64,000 nucleotides of DNA, taken from positions 14,450,998 to 14,514,997 of the forward strand of contig OZ037767.1 of NCBI GenBank assembly GCA_964035545.1, read 5' to 3'. Of this stretch, positions 50,585-64,000 are shown piece after piece. Source of the stretch: Bugula neritina. Its lineage: Eukaryota > Animalia > Bryozoa. Under the pieces are notes generated by a model. That model was not told the origin of the DNA and did no database searches. It saw only the letters and a program-made list of their open reading frames with translations. Positions within the stretch are counted from its first letter, which is position 1; each line of letters starts with the position of its first letter. The position numbers and the translations under genes are program-made.

Positions 50585-53500
50585 CTATCGAGAAGAGCTT
50601 TTCTTGATGCCAGTTGACAAGTTGAGAGCCTCACTGCTCCCTTTCCTCATCTCTTCAGCTGACATCCTCTGAAACATGGTGCTGGCATAGTTCCACATTT
50701 GTGAGGTTGCTAGGGGCGACAAGATGGCTGACTGAGAAGTGTGACTCTCACTGGAGCTGTTAGAGTAAGGGGGCCTCTGGGAGAGCACCGTACTGGCTTT
50801 AAATGCAGATATCAAGGCAGGAGTCATTGATGGACTTAAAGCAGAGTTGTATGAGGTAGCCAGGCTGGATGGAAAAATAGGGGTGGATGATTCTGTTAGC
50901 CTCAATCTGCCTGGAAAAACATCCAGAATATTTTATGTTGGTGTGCATATATTTATGTGTACATATTTTGTTTTTAGAATATATGCTATACGCAAAACAA
51001 TAACAAACTGTTGAAAATTCGGTTCAAATAAACCAACCCTATTATAAAATACATTTTAAAATTTTTTTTGCTTTTAAAATTGGCACTGCCGTATGCAGCT
51101 GCCATATTCCTGCAATTTTGGCAATGCTTCCAGAGAGTGTACTTTTTCTTTACTACTTAACATGCTTATAGTTCCAGGAATATGCCACACGTGAATTATA
51201 ATTATAATGTTGTAAAATGATAATATGATTCTGTTTGGTGTGTCGGTATATATTAGGTCTAATTAATAATCTTATACAGCTAAAAATAGCTTTCATAAAG
51301 TATTCACCTTAGTTGTCAAGCACTTTTGCTAATTGAAAACTCTAGTTATTCATTGCTCTTTTTAATTCTATTTATAATACTTGCTTAGCTATTTTATTCA
51401 TATTTCTTGCCAAACACGCATGCATTCTCAAACAAAGACTTCTTGTTATAATCAATTTATCATAATTGTATTATTAATTTAATTACATGATCACATCTAT
51501 TTGGCTACTAAACTATGTTAAACAATTGACTTATTCAAAATGCATGGCATTCAACAACTAAGTTGGGTTTACATTTTTAGGAATTTGACGTATTTTGCTT
51601 TTTATCTGAGCTATATATGGCACATTGATTGCTGATTGCAATATTGATATAACAGGGACAATATCACATGCTGCTTCAATATTCTTTTTGTTTCAATTAT
51701 ATATTACATTACAGTGACACAATACAATATTATGAAATGTTACGTACAGTCTAATCCTGGCTAATATTTCTATACTCTAACTTACCAGAAGACGCTGCTG
51801 CTACGGCAGCCACAGCAGTCATGTGACTCGGAATGTTGAAGTACTGAGAATACAAGGAAGGGGGAAACTGTGAGCTCAGAAAGGTTCGTCCACCGAGAGA
51901 AGGACCGTCATAGGTGTATGATGATTGGACGCTGCTCCGGCTTTGGTCTTTCAAGTTTCTCAGAGTTAAATTCCTACATCCTCTAGTATGTTTCTCCATT
52001 GTGCTAAAACATGCATGCTCCTTTATCCCACTTGTACTTTTACATAAAACTTATACCTATTTAAGCTATTAAAAACAATTTAAAATGTCCATAGACATTT
52101 TAAATATGATTACCAAAGTGCTGATTTTTGTCAATGTCTAGTTACAATTGTGCAAATGTAGCTATTCTTCTATATCACCAACTGTGAAAGGTTTTGTTAA
52201 TGCTGCAATGTCGAAATTTAGTATTTACTAATTTGTTTTTATTTTTTGGTATAATGCGAGTTTCTCCACAAACTATGTTAGATATCTAAAACATTAATAT
52301 TTTATTTGTTTCAAAATTACAACAGGTCAGAGTATTAGGTTAAAGATCTTTATTTTGTGACTAAAAATATTTTGATAAGATAGTCTGACCTTCATAGATA
52401 CCTAAACACTCTGTATATTACCTGACCAGAGATGCCATTCCTAAATTGGAAAATCTTATAAACCAGTGAAATCAATAGTTTTCTTAAAGCTGATTATCAA
52501 AATCATGGAACTTTCTAGTCACATACAAAAGTGCACACTTTGCTTTTCTCCAGTGGACTTTTAGTAAATTGCACTAAATTTAAATAAGGACTTGACTTCT
52601 ACCAAAATTCACAAAAAAATTACATAATGTGAAGGAATTTTTTAAACATGTTTTATAGTGTCTTGAAATGAATCAACATCTCAGTTTTAATTAGATCATG
52701 GACTATTTGAATCATTAAAGTTACGCTATGTGTAACGTTATGAATTACGTTACGCATTACGTTACGCATCCTGTTAAACCATTTATCTGATTCATCTCTA
52801 GATTCTCACTGAATGTTTTGCTAGTTAAAAAGAACATATGACTCTTGAATAAAAAATACATTTTTTTCTTTAAGTAAAAATACTTACGCAGCATTCTGAA
52901 ATGTAGCTCCACAAACTTGGCACCGGTGTTTTCCTCCATGTGTCTTCTTATGTCTGGTTAACTTGCTAGACTGAGCACAAGCATACGGACACAAGTCACA
53001 CTTGTAGGGCTTCTCTCCAGTATGACTTCGAATATGAACTTTGAGATTGCTTTTGTTGGCAAACACCTACAAAGATAAAAAATCGTAGTACTTCCAGGCT
53101 TGGACTTCTGAGCCAACATTCTCAGACAAATAAATTTACACGGAACAACTGTCAAGCTTTGCCCAACTACTTGTTGTCAGTCTATTGCATAAATAGTCTG
53201 TACTTTTCTGTGATGATTTCTATTTATACTATACACCTACCTTTCCACAGTAATGGCATCTGTCTGACCTGGCCACGCTATGGTTTGAAGAGAGGAAACC
53301 AGGGTGGCTGTTGTACCGCCCGTAGGCTGGAAAGCCTTTCTGTCTTTCAACCACAGTCAACCCAGATGACTTTTTTTGTGAAATAGAAACAACGCTAGCC
53401 GAAGCAGTCAGGGCAGGATCTTGCTTAATCTCTGTCAAAAAAATGAATTCAATTTATTTTAAAATTTAATTTTTTTAAAAGCAAAACTTAAATTTATCTA

Positions 53501-56500
53501 TTCCTAAACATTTGAATTAGGATTTTCATCTTTTATATAATCTGATTACTAATGCTTATTTTAGAAGCTTCAAGTGTTTGAAGCGTAACAATGAATTGCT
53601 TATCGAGCCGTTTTTATCAATCACCTTTACAGATTACAGAAGCTTACGTTTAGAAAGTGTGTCATATTGCTGGGATTCAGGCCCACGGGGTTTATTGAAG
53701 TTTATTCCAGAATATTTCATGGACTGGGAGTTTCTCTCTATATGTTTAACTGATGGCAATTCTTCCTCTGAATATTTAGATGGCGTAGAGTTTCTCCCAG
53801 GGTATTTAGTGGGTGTTGAGTTTCTCCCAGAACTCTTGGTGGGTGGGGAGTTTCTCCCAGGATACTTTGTGGAGGGCTGGTCATGGGAATCCTCTTCCAA
53901 TAGTAGTCGCATGACTAAAGAATCACTGGTGCTTCTCGATCTCAGACTTGTTTCTTTTGTCCTAGAATCTGACCCTTGAAAGATAAGAAAATAGAGTCAG
54001 CTTCTATATTAAAGTATAAACAACCTGTACTGCATGTGGCGAATAAAATAGATCCAAATGTGAATTCTGTATTAATCAATTAATCATTGTTTTCATAATT
54101 ATTTTGACAAAACCCTTATGTTTTGACAACGTTCTCCACAACTGATTTATGCATTACAATGTACAATACACTTTTACGGAGCTTAAAAAAAGTAAAGATG
54201 CAAAATTTGGTATTGAACAGTACAGATTTTATTTTCAACAAAAATTAATGTTGTACAAAAATAAAAAAATAAAGAATGAGCTTTCTTTAACATCAGAGAG
54301 CAAATGTCTCCTTTATATAAATTCTTGAGTATTTTTTCAACAAAATCATTGATGAATAGAAAAAGGCAACATTATTTACCAAATAGCATTTTTGTTTTCA
54401 CAAGCTTTGTTGTTATTTGATATGTTCATATTCAACATTTAACTTCCAATCATATTATGATGAGTTAAAAATCTACTAAAAGCCTTCTTGAACTGACCAA
54501 AACTCACTTCTTCAAATTGTTGGCATCTATTATTTTACCTGTTTAAATTGACAGTTTAAAAACTTTGATAACTAAAAAATGATTAAAAAATGTAATCAAA
54601 TTCAAAGAATGAATGTGACAGATTGACTTGCCAAGTGAACCCTGGTCAACGAACTGTCATGTTTTAAAATTGTTTTTCTGTGACAAGTTCCATTTGGCAG
54701 GCCTGCCAAATATTCTATCTCCAAGTCTAAAGGCTAATTAGTCTCACAACGAACAATCTTCATAAACGTGAGCATTTAATCTAAAAATATCTGCTAGAAT
54801 TATGAGTTCAATCGAGAAGAAATTCACTATCTTTGCAAGGTGTTAGCATATGCTATAGCATACTAATAATTTTTTTATGTCAACTTTTGGGTGATTTTGA
54901 TAGCAAAGCAAGTAGATATACTAATGAGCAAATGTAATATGGACTGTTAATGACATTAGTTTAGGCGGTCACATGTGTTTCATCTAAAAGAATACCCAAC
55001 CCTTTAGGTCCAAAACTTAGTGGTTGCGGTATAATGACCATTATATTATGCTTTTAATACTTTTATTCATTATGCATTTTAAATTATTGTTTTGTGGCTT
55101 GCAAATAATTTTAACTTTTAAATTTTATTCTTATAAAATTTGAAATCTTTAGGTAAATTATGCAATTAATCTTAAAATAGACGGTTAATTTTTAACACAT
55201 ATGCAAATGTGTAATCTGTGCATATGCCTACTGAACGCCTACCTTACGCTTGCTACAAATATAAATTGCTTTTCAGGGTGTCACTCTTCATAAACTTTAA
55301 AAACTGCTAACCTGTATTAATTACTTTTATGTTTAGTCGGTCAAAATAATTTGTTTAAAACTTGTCATCTTACATTTTATTCAAATGAGTTAGTAGGCAA
55401 GCTAAAAAATAAGTTTTTTTTCTTTTTTCAAATTGATATCAAAATACTACTCAAGCAATACAGGGACCTACTACGTATTGTATTCTTTAGTATGATTATA
55501 CATTCTATTGCTGTGATTTTCTCATGTTGGTGACAAGTTGTATACGTGTTGCTAAGTTACCTGACTTTAGCGTAGGCTGACTAATGGAATCAGCAGGATC
55601 TTGTCTTTCATCCGGGGCACACTCATCCTGAAAATACAACACATAACCCCTCAAAGCAAACCAAACAGAATATTTTATCTCTTACGTAAATTGAATGTTT
55701 AAGAAGAGTAAAAAGCTGCAGATTAAATTATGTTAATTAAAAGTCATGTTGTATAATCTAATTTAATCTGTTTTAGTAAAGGAAATTTATGGTTAGTTGA
55801 AGCTCATGACCAGGGTTCACTTTTTAATTGATTCTTCGCTTCAATGGATTAAAGGAAAGTAACACTCAATCCCCAGGCTTTGTAAAGCCCAAGAATATTT
55901 TACAATATTTAAGAAACCATCAAATAATTGTTCTATGACTTTTTCTTAAAGTTTGTTTAATAGAATTTAATATGACTTTTATTAACTGGACGAGATGAGC
56001 TCTATGAATTCACATTCAGCTTGCAGGCTGCACGTCTATAACTTGGTTCTCAAATTTCTTTTTAGATTCATTTCAATAACTTACTGAATAAAAAGCAAAA
56101 ACATTATCTTATCGTTTGTCTATTTAGTTAATTTAATATTTAGAATATAAAGTCTATAATTATCATCGGCCGGTAAGACCTAACCTAACCTAAACCGGGC
56201 ACTAATATAATAGACTTGGGTATAATCAATCATACTTATTAGTAGGTTATGTCATCTATCAGCTTATATTTAATTAAGTTAGAAAAATGGACTTTAGTTT
56301 TTGACAGCAAAAGAATTTTATTTTCATTAACGTTACACACACCAATTATCTAGCTTTAGTCTTTGGCAAACAGATATGGGCCCAAATCCTGTTACAAAGT
56401 GTTACAAAACTTTTGTATTGTACTTCAAGTGGTTGATTAAGACAGTATAGTACAATGACCATTGCTATAAGTATGAGAAAAATAACAGATATATGCTGAA

Positions 56501-59500
56501 AGCAATTAAATATTATACTTATGGTTAACAGTTTTGAAAAATGAAACTTAAAAACTTACAACTTTTTTTTAAAAAAAACTTCAATGTTTAAAATTGTCAG
56601 AATAATTTGTAAAAGCTACTAGAATAGATTTAAAACTAACAAAAACACAAGTTTTTTAGTTGTGGTAAAGAGATTTTTGAGAAGTTCATGGAATTAAAAA
56701 ATTCACAGGTTTAATTTAATTACACTACTATGATTATAGAGAATTTGAGCCTGAGGTTGGTATTGGATTGGGATTAACGCATTTGCTAGTTGCAAGGTGA
56801 TTAGCATGTTATATCAATCACATGGACTAAAGTATTTTTACTAGAATGTTCTGATATATAACATAATGTGAATTACAATGGTTCAATATCATTATAGTCC
56901 ATAGCTACATTTGAGTTGGCATGCTTCAAAGTAACATGCTATATTTCATTTCGGTTACAAGTTATATAATTATAAAGTGAGAGAAAATTGTTTTAGTAAA
57001 ACATGTATGTGTAATTTTGCTGAAGATAACTATGAATATCCGTCTTTTTATATTACAAAGTAATAGCTGTTAGTTTAATGCTTTAGAACTAGACTAAAGC
57101 ACTCTCAACAATAACTCATTTGTAGTGATGAGATTACCCAGTGGTCCCGTGGTGTAATGGTTAGCACAATTGCCTGCAAGCCAGAGGTCTCGGGTTCGAT
57201 TCCCAGTGGGGGCAATTATTTTTCATCATTCAGTGCTTCATCACATTATTTCAAAAATTTCTTTAAAAAAGAAGCTACCCCCTATAGCTGTGATAAAGAT
57301 GTGAATTGAGCTTCAAAAGTCTATTGGCTTATTTTAAAAGTATTCATATTTGTTGATTTTGAATAATTTTGTAAGAAGTCAACTAATTCTAACAAAATAG
57401 GTAGTGACAAATATTGAATGTTGACTACACAGTGAATGCGTGGAAAGAATGTCATAAAAATGTCATTATTCACAATGTTTTATACTCCTTTAGTATCAAT
57501 AACCTATAAGGAATGAGCAACTGGCATTTGCCAATTGATAGGTGTGTTGCAAGTATGTAGGGGGTTTTGTTCTTCCCCACTTGTGTTGTTCTTTTATATT
57601 ATAAGCTATTTTCAATTATAAAGATAAACATGGAAAAGTGCAGAAAATTTATATATTTATTTATGAACATTAATTCAACGACTTTCTAAAATATTTATAA
57701 TACTTTATACTATTTGTATTTTAGTCTGCAGTTTGAAACAGAAACAACTAAATATTGAGAACATTTTAGATATTTATGTTATAAATTGTGAATATATATC
57801 TTTTATACCTGCTTTAGCTTTCTAAAGTTATTTTTAGTATATTTTATAATTTTCACAATTTCTAATTCTGCTGAAACATGCAATATTTAAGCTTTTTAAT
57901 GTTATAAAATAATAATAAAATCAAAAACAAACATTTTAAAAACTTAAAATAATTGTTGAGAAGAATAATATTTTGTATTTTTATATGTTCACTGTCACAC
58001 TGAAATTTATGCCATAATATTGTATGATTGTATTTAAATTGTTTGGCTAATTTATATTGCTTTTTAGCTCTTACATCAATTGGATAAAAACAATTTAATT
58101 TTATTCAAAACAATTGAACATTTTTACATATAATACTATGTTTGTTATTGTTTCAATGCATGTTAACCCAAAGTATTGAATAGAAAAATGTTGTTTAACT
58201 ACAATTAACAATAGGGTCAATGGTCTAAAGTCTAAACCTAAATCCAAGAAAAATGGTTATTTCATAGTGATTTAAACTTTTTACATATGCATAAGCTTTA
58301 TTGAATAAATAACTAACAAAACGGTGTACAGAGTTTATAACCCCACTTATTCTTTTCCTATAAATTTTATAAACCGCAAATCTTTTTGTACTATACAAAA
58401 TTCTACGAAAATCCATTACTTTTTCAACATCCTCAATTCTAAAGCTACTAATACTGCAAACAGGATGTAGGTAAGAATTATGTAATAATGATCACCTGTT
58501 CTCCAGCAGACGTTACTCCAAGTCCAGCAGACGTATCTTTCATTTCACAATCTGCAAAATAAAAAAGAAACATTTATAGCAAATAACATGTGTAAACGGA
58601 ATCTATAAATTTAGTATTTTGTTTTTAGATCAAATATTCTGTTTTATTTTAAAATCATCATGTATCTGAATTCCTCGTGTCATATTGATGTAATCAAAAT
58701 TTGCAAATATATAACCATCTCATATTATTTTAGTTTTAGGATTATAATAGGCTACATTACAATTTATTTTAGAACTTTAAAAGGAAAACTATTTTAGAAA
58801 CATATAAAATATCCCTGTTAGAAATATTTTCACCTTACTGCTATATAGCATATATAATATTTCACATATTTAATATTAGCATGTGAGATCAGGCAAAAAC
58901 TTTGATTGCATGGCTAGCTTCTTCAAATATTGCTAAAAGCAGCACCGAGCTGTGAGTGACTAAGTGCTGGATTTTTGCCCTACTCAAGGTCCTGAACCAA
59001 TGCACTCACTGACCACCAACTCAGTGCTGCTTCTAGCAACTTTCAATTTCCTCAACTGCTTTTGAACTATTTTGTTACCATTGTCTGTTACAGTATCGTT
59101 AGAATTATTGCCTGAAGCTTTTATACCAATGCTATAATAGCAAAGAGCTTTAATGGAGCCAAATTAGTTATATATTACCAACCAGATAAAGGTCTGTCTG
59201 ACAGAGAAAGGTTTGTGATGTTGGAGTTATCATTCGAGGTTGCTGATTGGACAGTTGCAACTCTACAGACCTCCTACAAAACAAATCTGGTCTGATAAAA
59301 CATCTATGAAATTATATTTTAATAACATGATTTATGTGGTTCCAGGTTGCGGAAGATGCTGAAGAGCTACACAAATCATAACAATAAATAATGGGAAGCA
59401 ACACTGGGCATAAATTGGATATTATAGCTGGCAGACAATTTTGAAAAAAGACACTTACGTAATGTCATAATAACACAAGAGAAAGATAAAGATCAAAACG

Positions 59501-60399
59501 ATTATGCTAAACTCTCCACTTAATTAAGTTTTCTAGTTGAATATTAAAAACTCTATGGCCTTTCATGTCGCCATGGTTCATATCAATTATTATGCAACAG
59601 TAATGTTCAAAGATCAACTATTAAAAAATTGACAACCTGCCCTAGTGCACTTCAAGTTTCTAATAAAATTTGTTTTTGGTTAACGTATTTATTGAATTGC
59701 ACTGAAGCTTAATTTAAACTCTCAGTAGCTTCCACGTTGAAGAGGAAACGGGGAGGGCTGATTGCATCTAGTCAAGAGGTAGTGCTCGTCAGTTGGTGGG
59801 CGCCAGACCGACATCAGCCACAAGAACAAACATATCAGCAGAGTGATAGAAGATGGGCAGTGTGCCACTGTGCACTAACAATAATAAACTCAGCTAGGTT
59901 TCCGTGCCAATTGTTATATAACTGGTTAGGAATGACTCACCTTTGGCGACAGCCGACATTCTTCTGCTTGTTTTCCTGGCCTACAAATTATGATCAATAG
60001 ACTTTGTGAATAAATGAATTTAAATATGCATTGCGTAATGCATTTACAACTCTGTAACCCAATATACCATTTATTGGGATTGCCGTTCTGAATCTACATT
60101 TTCTAAGAATTTTACTCTTTAGAAACTGCTTGTAGAGCAGCTTAAAATGACTTCAGCTGAGCAAGATATTTGTTAACTGATGGTTTATTATGATTCAGTG
60201 CTACACGTATACCACATAGCCCTAATTCTAAGCATCAATCTCACATGCAGTTTAGTGAAACCTGATGAGCAGGTTAGTGTGTGTGTCCACATAAATTAAT
60301 TTCATCACCAACCAAATGGCATAAATTTGAATATTTTGAAAAGGTTTAATTAGACAGTTTAATGTGCCAAAGTCTAGAGCATGCAAAGCGCCAGGGTAC

Positions 60400-60493
<94 letters not shown>

Positions 60494-63381
60494 CAATATA
60501 TATAAAAACTAGCTAAACAATAAATGGGATGCAACAGTTCACGCAGTTTATGATTTGTTTCCAGCTACCCAAATAACTTTTGAGAATAAACACACAGGAT
60601 TACTTCTGATAAGACTTACATGTCACAATCATCAAAGTCCTGTGCATCCTCCACCTTGACCTTTGTACTGCAATAGTCATCGTGTTCGACTACAAGCAGC
60701 ACAAGTTCAATCAATATTCATGATTCTAGCAACTGTGATTTTTCTTTATTAGATATTTGTTGAACATAAAAAACAATGCTTTGGCCAGATGGGGCTTCTT
60801 AGTCTGGGAAGACAACTCATTTAAGAGAAAGAAAACTCTGATCTTAAACCTCCGTTACCTTGCGGAAATACCAATCACAGAAAAAGTTTGGGGAGTAAAC
60901 TCGGAAAAAATAAAAAGTTAGAATCTTTAAGACAGTTTATCGTTGTTTACAACCACTCTTTGGCAGCTACTGTGATGACATTGGTGCCAAACTGCAACAG
61001 CCCTGCTGTTCTTTTAGATTTTTCAGCAACATGGAGAGGGGAGACAGGTTACATGGGCAACAGCCCGTCTTTCAAATATTAATTCCCAGATATACACACA
61101 GGGGGTTGTCATCCATAGGCGACTGACTGATTGAGTGAAACTCAATTGAGAAAGGCAGCTTTCAAGTTGAGAGCTCTTAAACCCGTAATTTAGTTCCACA
61201 GAGTCAAAATTTTAATCGTATTCATAGGAAAATATAACTTCATTTGTTTTGACAGATTTGAAAAAGTTCATAGCAAGTTAAAAACTTACAATCAAGACAA
61301 AAGTGCAAACACCTGAAAGTCCATACATGTGTTGATTTATGAACGCATGGTCAAAAGTTTTATGTATTTAAATTAAAACATTAATGATAACTGGCTTAAT
61401 CTATAGCACTGTAGCTGTATAACACATGCCATAAAACACTTTCAAGCTCTAGTTGTTGACAGATTTTGATTTAAACTCTGCCAAGTATGTGTGAAAGTAG
61501 AACCAGCTGGCCATATTGAATGGGCACAGGATAGTTGTTACATATAAGTATCAGTTATATCTGTAGTACTTAGCATAGTTTTTCATTACCAACATCTTGA
61601 GCATCCCTTGCTGTTTGATATTAACATAATTTTTGTGTATGTCACTGCTTCTTTAAAAGAACCATCTAGCAAGTGGCATGACAACCATAATTTTCACAGA
61701 ACCAGTGTTCATTTAGTTTGTGCTTACGATACCTTCCAATAAATGGAAAATTCTTATTATATCAAAAAACAATTTCAAATATCAGTCAATGCTTTAAAAA
61801 TAACTTGTTATGGCTAAAATGTGTTTGGCTAATAATGTTTTGCAGATTTGTGGGTATATTTCAATTTTTTGGTTCTCACAAAATGAAATGTTTTAAGTTA
61901 TTTAATAGCTGTCAATAAATTGCTACAAGAGTACCAACCTAAGAAACAAGACAGCGAAGTTGAAGCTATTGATGCTTTTGTATATAATCACAATGATAGT
62001 AAATCACAGCAGGTTGTGCAGTTTTAAACCTTAGCTATGCATAAACAGACAGAGACAAGGTAAAGCGACAATAATTTTAGCCCATCACGTGCTGGGAGAA
62101 TGCATCAAAATCTGAAATTAATATGCTAAACTTTTTACCTATGCCTAAAAGTTTGTCTCTAAACGCTACAGACTTAATTACATGCATAATAATTCTACTA
62201 TATCAATTAACTATTTTTTCAGACACAATTCAGAACCCATAAAAGTTGAGCGGCTTGCCAGGCTTGTAACTGAACTTTTACCTGATTGGATAGAAGTTTC
62301 TGTTTCAGTATTTGATAGGCCAGGACTATTTGCGCTGAGAGAAGCTGGATCAATGATTTCACATAGCTGCAGACAGTGTACTTGCTGAAGATGCTGAAGG
62401 AACTTGATGGAAGATCTTGTAGAGTATTCGCAGTGAATACACAGCAACACTTTTAGTCTCTCTCTACTTTCTCCACGTTCTAAAACTGTAGGAAACTTTG
62501 ATTCTTAGATTTACTATAATAATACGGTATGATGAAATGCTATTAATGGTTTTAATACTATAACTGTGGCGTCTTAAAAACTTTTCATACTAGTCCTAGT
62601 CCTGTGTGAGTTAGCCATCACACCACCTTGCCGAAGGCCGTGTCGCGCTGAATACCAAAAAAACAGTTTTCTATCAAGAAGTCCATTAAAGACTGCAGCT
62701 GGACCACAAGACCAGTATTAGTAACCAACAACTTTTATATTAGGGAAGTAATGCCAACCCCTCCCGACTAAAGCAATAGAAAGGGGAAGAACTAGGACGG
62801 GTAGTCTGTGCATGTGACTCAACAATAGCAGTGGACCAATTAAAAATTAATTTGAAGGAAAATAGTTATATAAACTACTTAGTGCACCACTTGAACTCTG
62901 CGCTTTCTTAAACAAGTATAATTAAAGACAATGTAGACATTGCCTGGTTTCAGGGTTTAAAAAAAATAGTTAAATACTAAAAAGAACTAGCTAACAAACA
63001 TTATTTCAAAATATTTGCTGCTTGTTACAGATTAGCATGTATAGTTTTTGCAAACTCAAATATTTAAATGAAGATGGTAGTTATAGATAAAAAAACTGTT
63101 AACTTATTAGTAAATAGTGAGAAGTTACTTACCTGAAGATGGGTCATTGGACTTGTGAGACTTGAATGCTGCTGATGCCTTGTACGCCTCTTGAATCTTC
63201 AGGGTCAAGGATGCTGTTAGGTTTCCTACACAGTCAGCTTCTTTGTGTTGGAAGAAAAGTTTTACGTCACTCAAAGCGAACGTGGCCGAGCATGTGCCAC
63301 ATACAAGTGTATCCTGGGTGGTCTTCCCGTCTTCTGACAGAGATACTGGTGAATCCACTTTGTCTATTTCTACCAAGTCTT
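50585..63381 (-). CDS. BCL11: BCL11A/B (CTIP)-like C2H2 zinc-finger transcription factor, 5'-partial
   Basis: Exons (minus) 63381-63133, 62479-62282, 60689-60620, 59980-59941, 59273-59183, 58551-58496, 55627-55561, 53974-53648, 53431-53241, 53066-52888, 52003-51786, 50910-50585. N-terminal [32 protein letters not shown]; single finger CIHC...FLQHLQQVH; C-terminal cluster [53 protein letters not shown]...MEKHTRGC. The small middle exons are less certain. Confidence 0.85.
57121..57223 (+). mobile_element. Family-A tRNA-like repeat
   Basis: TGTAGTGATGAGATTACCCAGTGGTCCCGTGGTGTAATGG...GGTTCGATTCCCAGTGGGGGCAATTATTTTT. Confidence 0.75.
58930..59039. mobile_element. ~110-bp MITE with TTGCTAGAAGCAGCAC TIRs (copy 2)
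   Basis: TTGCTAAAAGCAGCACCGAG ... CTCAGTGCTGCTTCTAGCAA inverted termini. Confidence 0.6.
60403..60491. repeat. (TA)n microsatellite
   Basis: Seen directly in the sequence. Confidence 0.97.
60775..61135 (+). mobile_element. Possible short non-autonomous RTE-related retroelement
   Basis: GC-richer intronic island whose 3' end GCGACTGACTGATTGAG shares CGACTGACTG with the RTE 3' end at about 15878. The 5' part resembles RTE-type 5'UTRs from memory only. No TSD identified. Confidence 0.35.
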
Positions 63382-64000
63382 CTGCAAATAGTTTCGCACA
63401 ATCAGCAACAAAGTTTGCAGAGGAAAACTAGTTATTAAGTATGCAGAATCAAGCGGACTTCTCAGTCTTTTGTAGAAATGATTTTTATAAATGATTATCA
63501 TAATGATCTTTTTTGTGTAAATTTTCTAAGCTTAAAATTCTGATTTGCCTGTTTGCTGGACTTAATAGAATTAATTAATTTACTAAAATTATCATTTTGA
63601 AGACAAGTTGAAATCCACACCCAGCTCTTGACAATAGGGTACCAAACTCAATCAATACTCAAAGGTCAACTCTTGTATGGAGTGATAAAAACCATGTTGT
63701 TACTATTATACTAAAACAGTTGTCACGTACGTACTATTAGCTTTCTATGCCTTTGCATTTGCTAGCATTATCGGTTTTACTAAACATAACTTTCTACTTG
63801 TGTGTATCTACATATTCACCTTCCTAAAGCTCACAGCCAATTAAATTTATTATTGAGCCGTTTGCCAAACGCTATTTTACTAGCAACTGCAGTGTGTTTA
63901 TAGGAAGTACTTTATATGTCTCAAAAGTCTATAAAATATATTAAAAGTTCTTTGTGCAATATATATAATTTCTTTCCTAGTTGTAAATAGCTTTTTTCTA

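Noticed and set aside
54692-54711. Perfect 20-bp palindrome ATTTGGCAGGCCTGCCAAAT
   Set aside because: Real but isolated; no second copy or element boundary gives it meaning.
60255-60280. Hammerhead-like words GAAAC/CTGATGAG
   Set aside because: Order and spacing leave no room for stems I and III.

Overview
AT-rich, intron-rich animal (invertebrate-like) genomic DNA; no prokaryotic features. Spliced gene models were reconstructed by eye from GT-AG sites and reading-frame phase. In order along the window: (1) the 3' part of a nesprin/KASH-like tail-anchored gene with 8x22-aa repeats; (2) a coiled-coil + two-EF-hand + CaaX gene; (3) a very young Gmr1-type (PR-IN-RT order) Ty3/Gypsy LTR element with identical 540-bp LTRs and an intact Gag-PR-IN ORF but deleted RT/RNase H; (4) about 45 bp downstream, an RTE-clade LINE with an intact RT ORF but deleted endonuclease; (5) two tandem PAN/apple + F-type lectin genes with orphan duplicated first exons between them; (6) a LamG-like/PAN pseudogene; (7) TMEM192; (8) an uncharacterised MGCxxS coiled-coil gene; (9) a 5'-partial BCL11-like zinc-finger gene. 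Interspersed are two tRNA-derived repeat families, MITEs and many micro/minisatellites, several of which are built from real splice-site sequence. The most notable observations are the adjacent retroelements with complementary deletions, the KASH-like protein, the splice-site-seeded minisatellites and a tRNA-like repeat with a conserved upstream flank. No database searches were run; family assignments rest on motif recognition.
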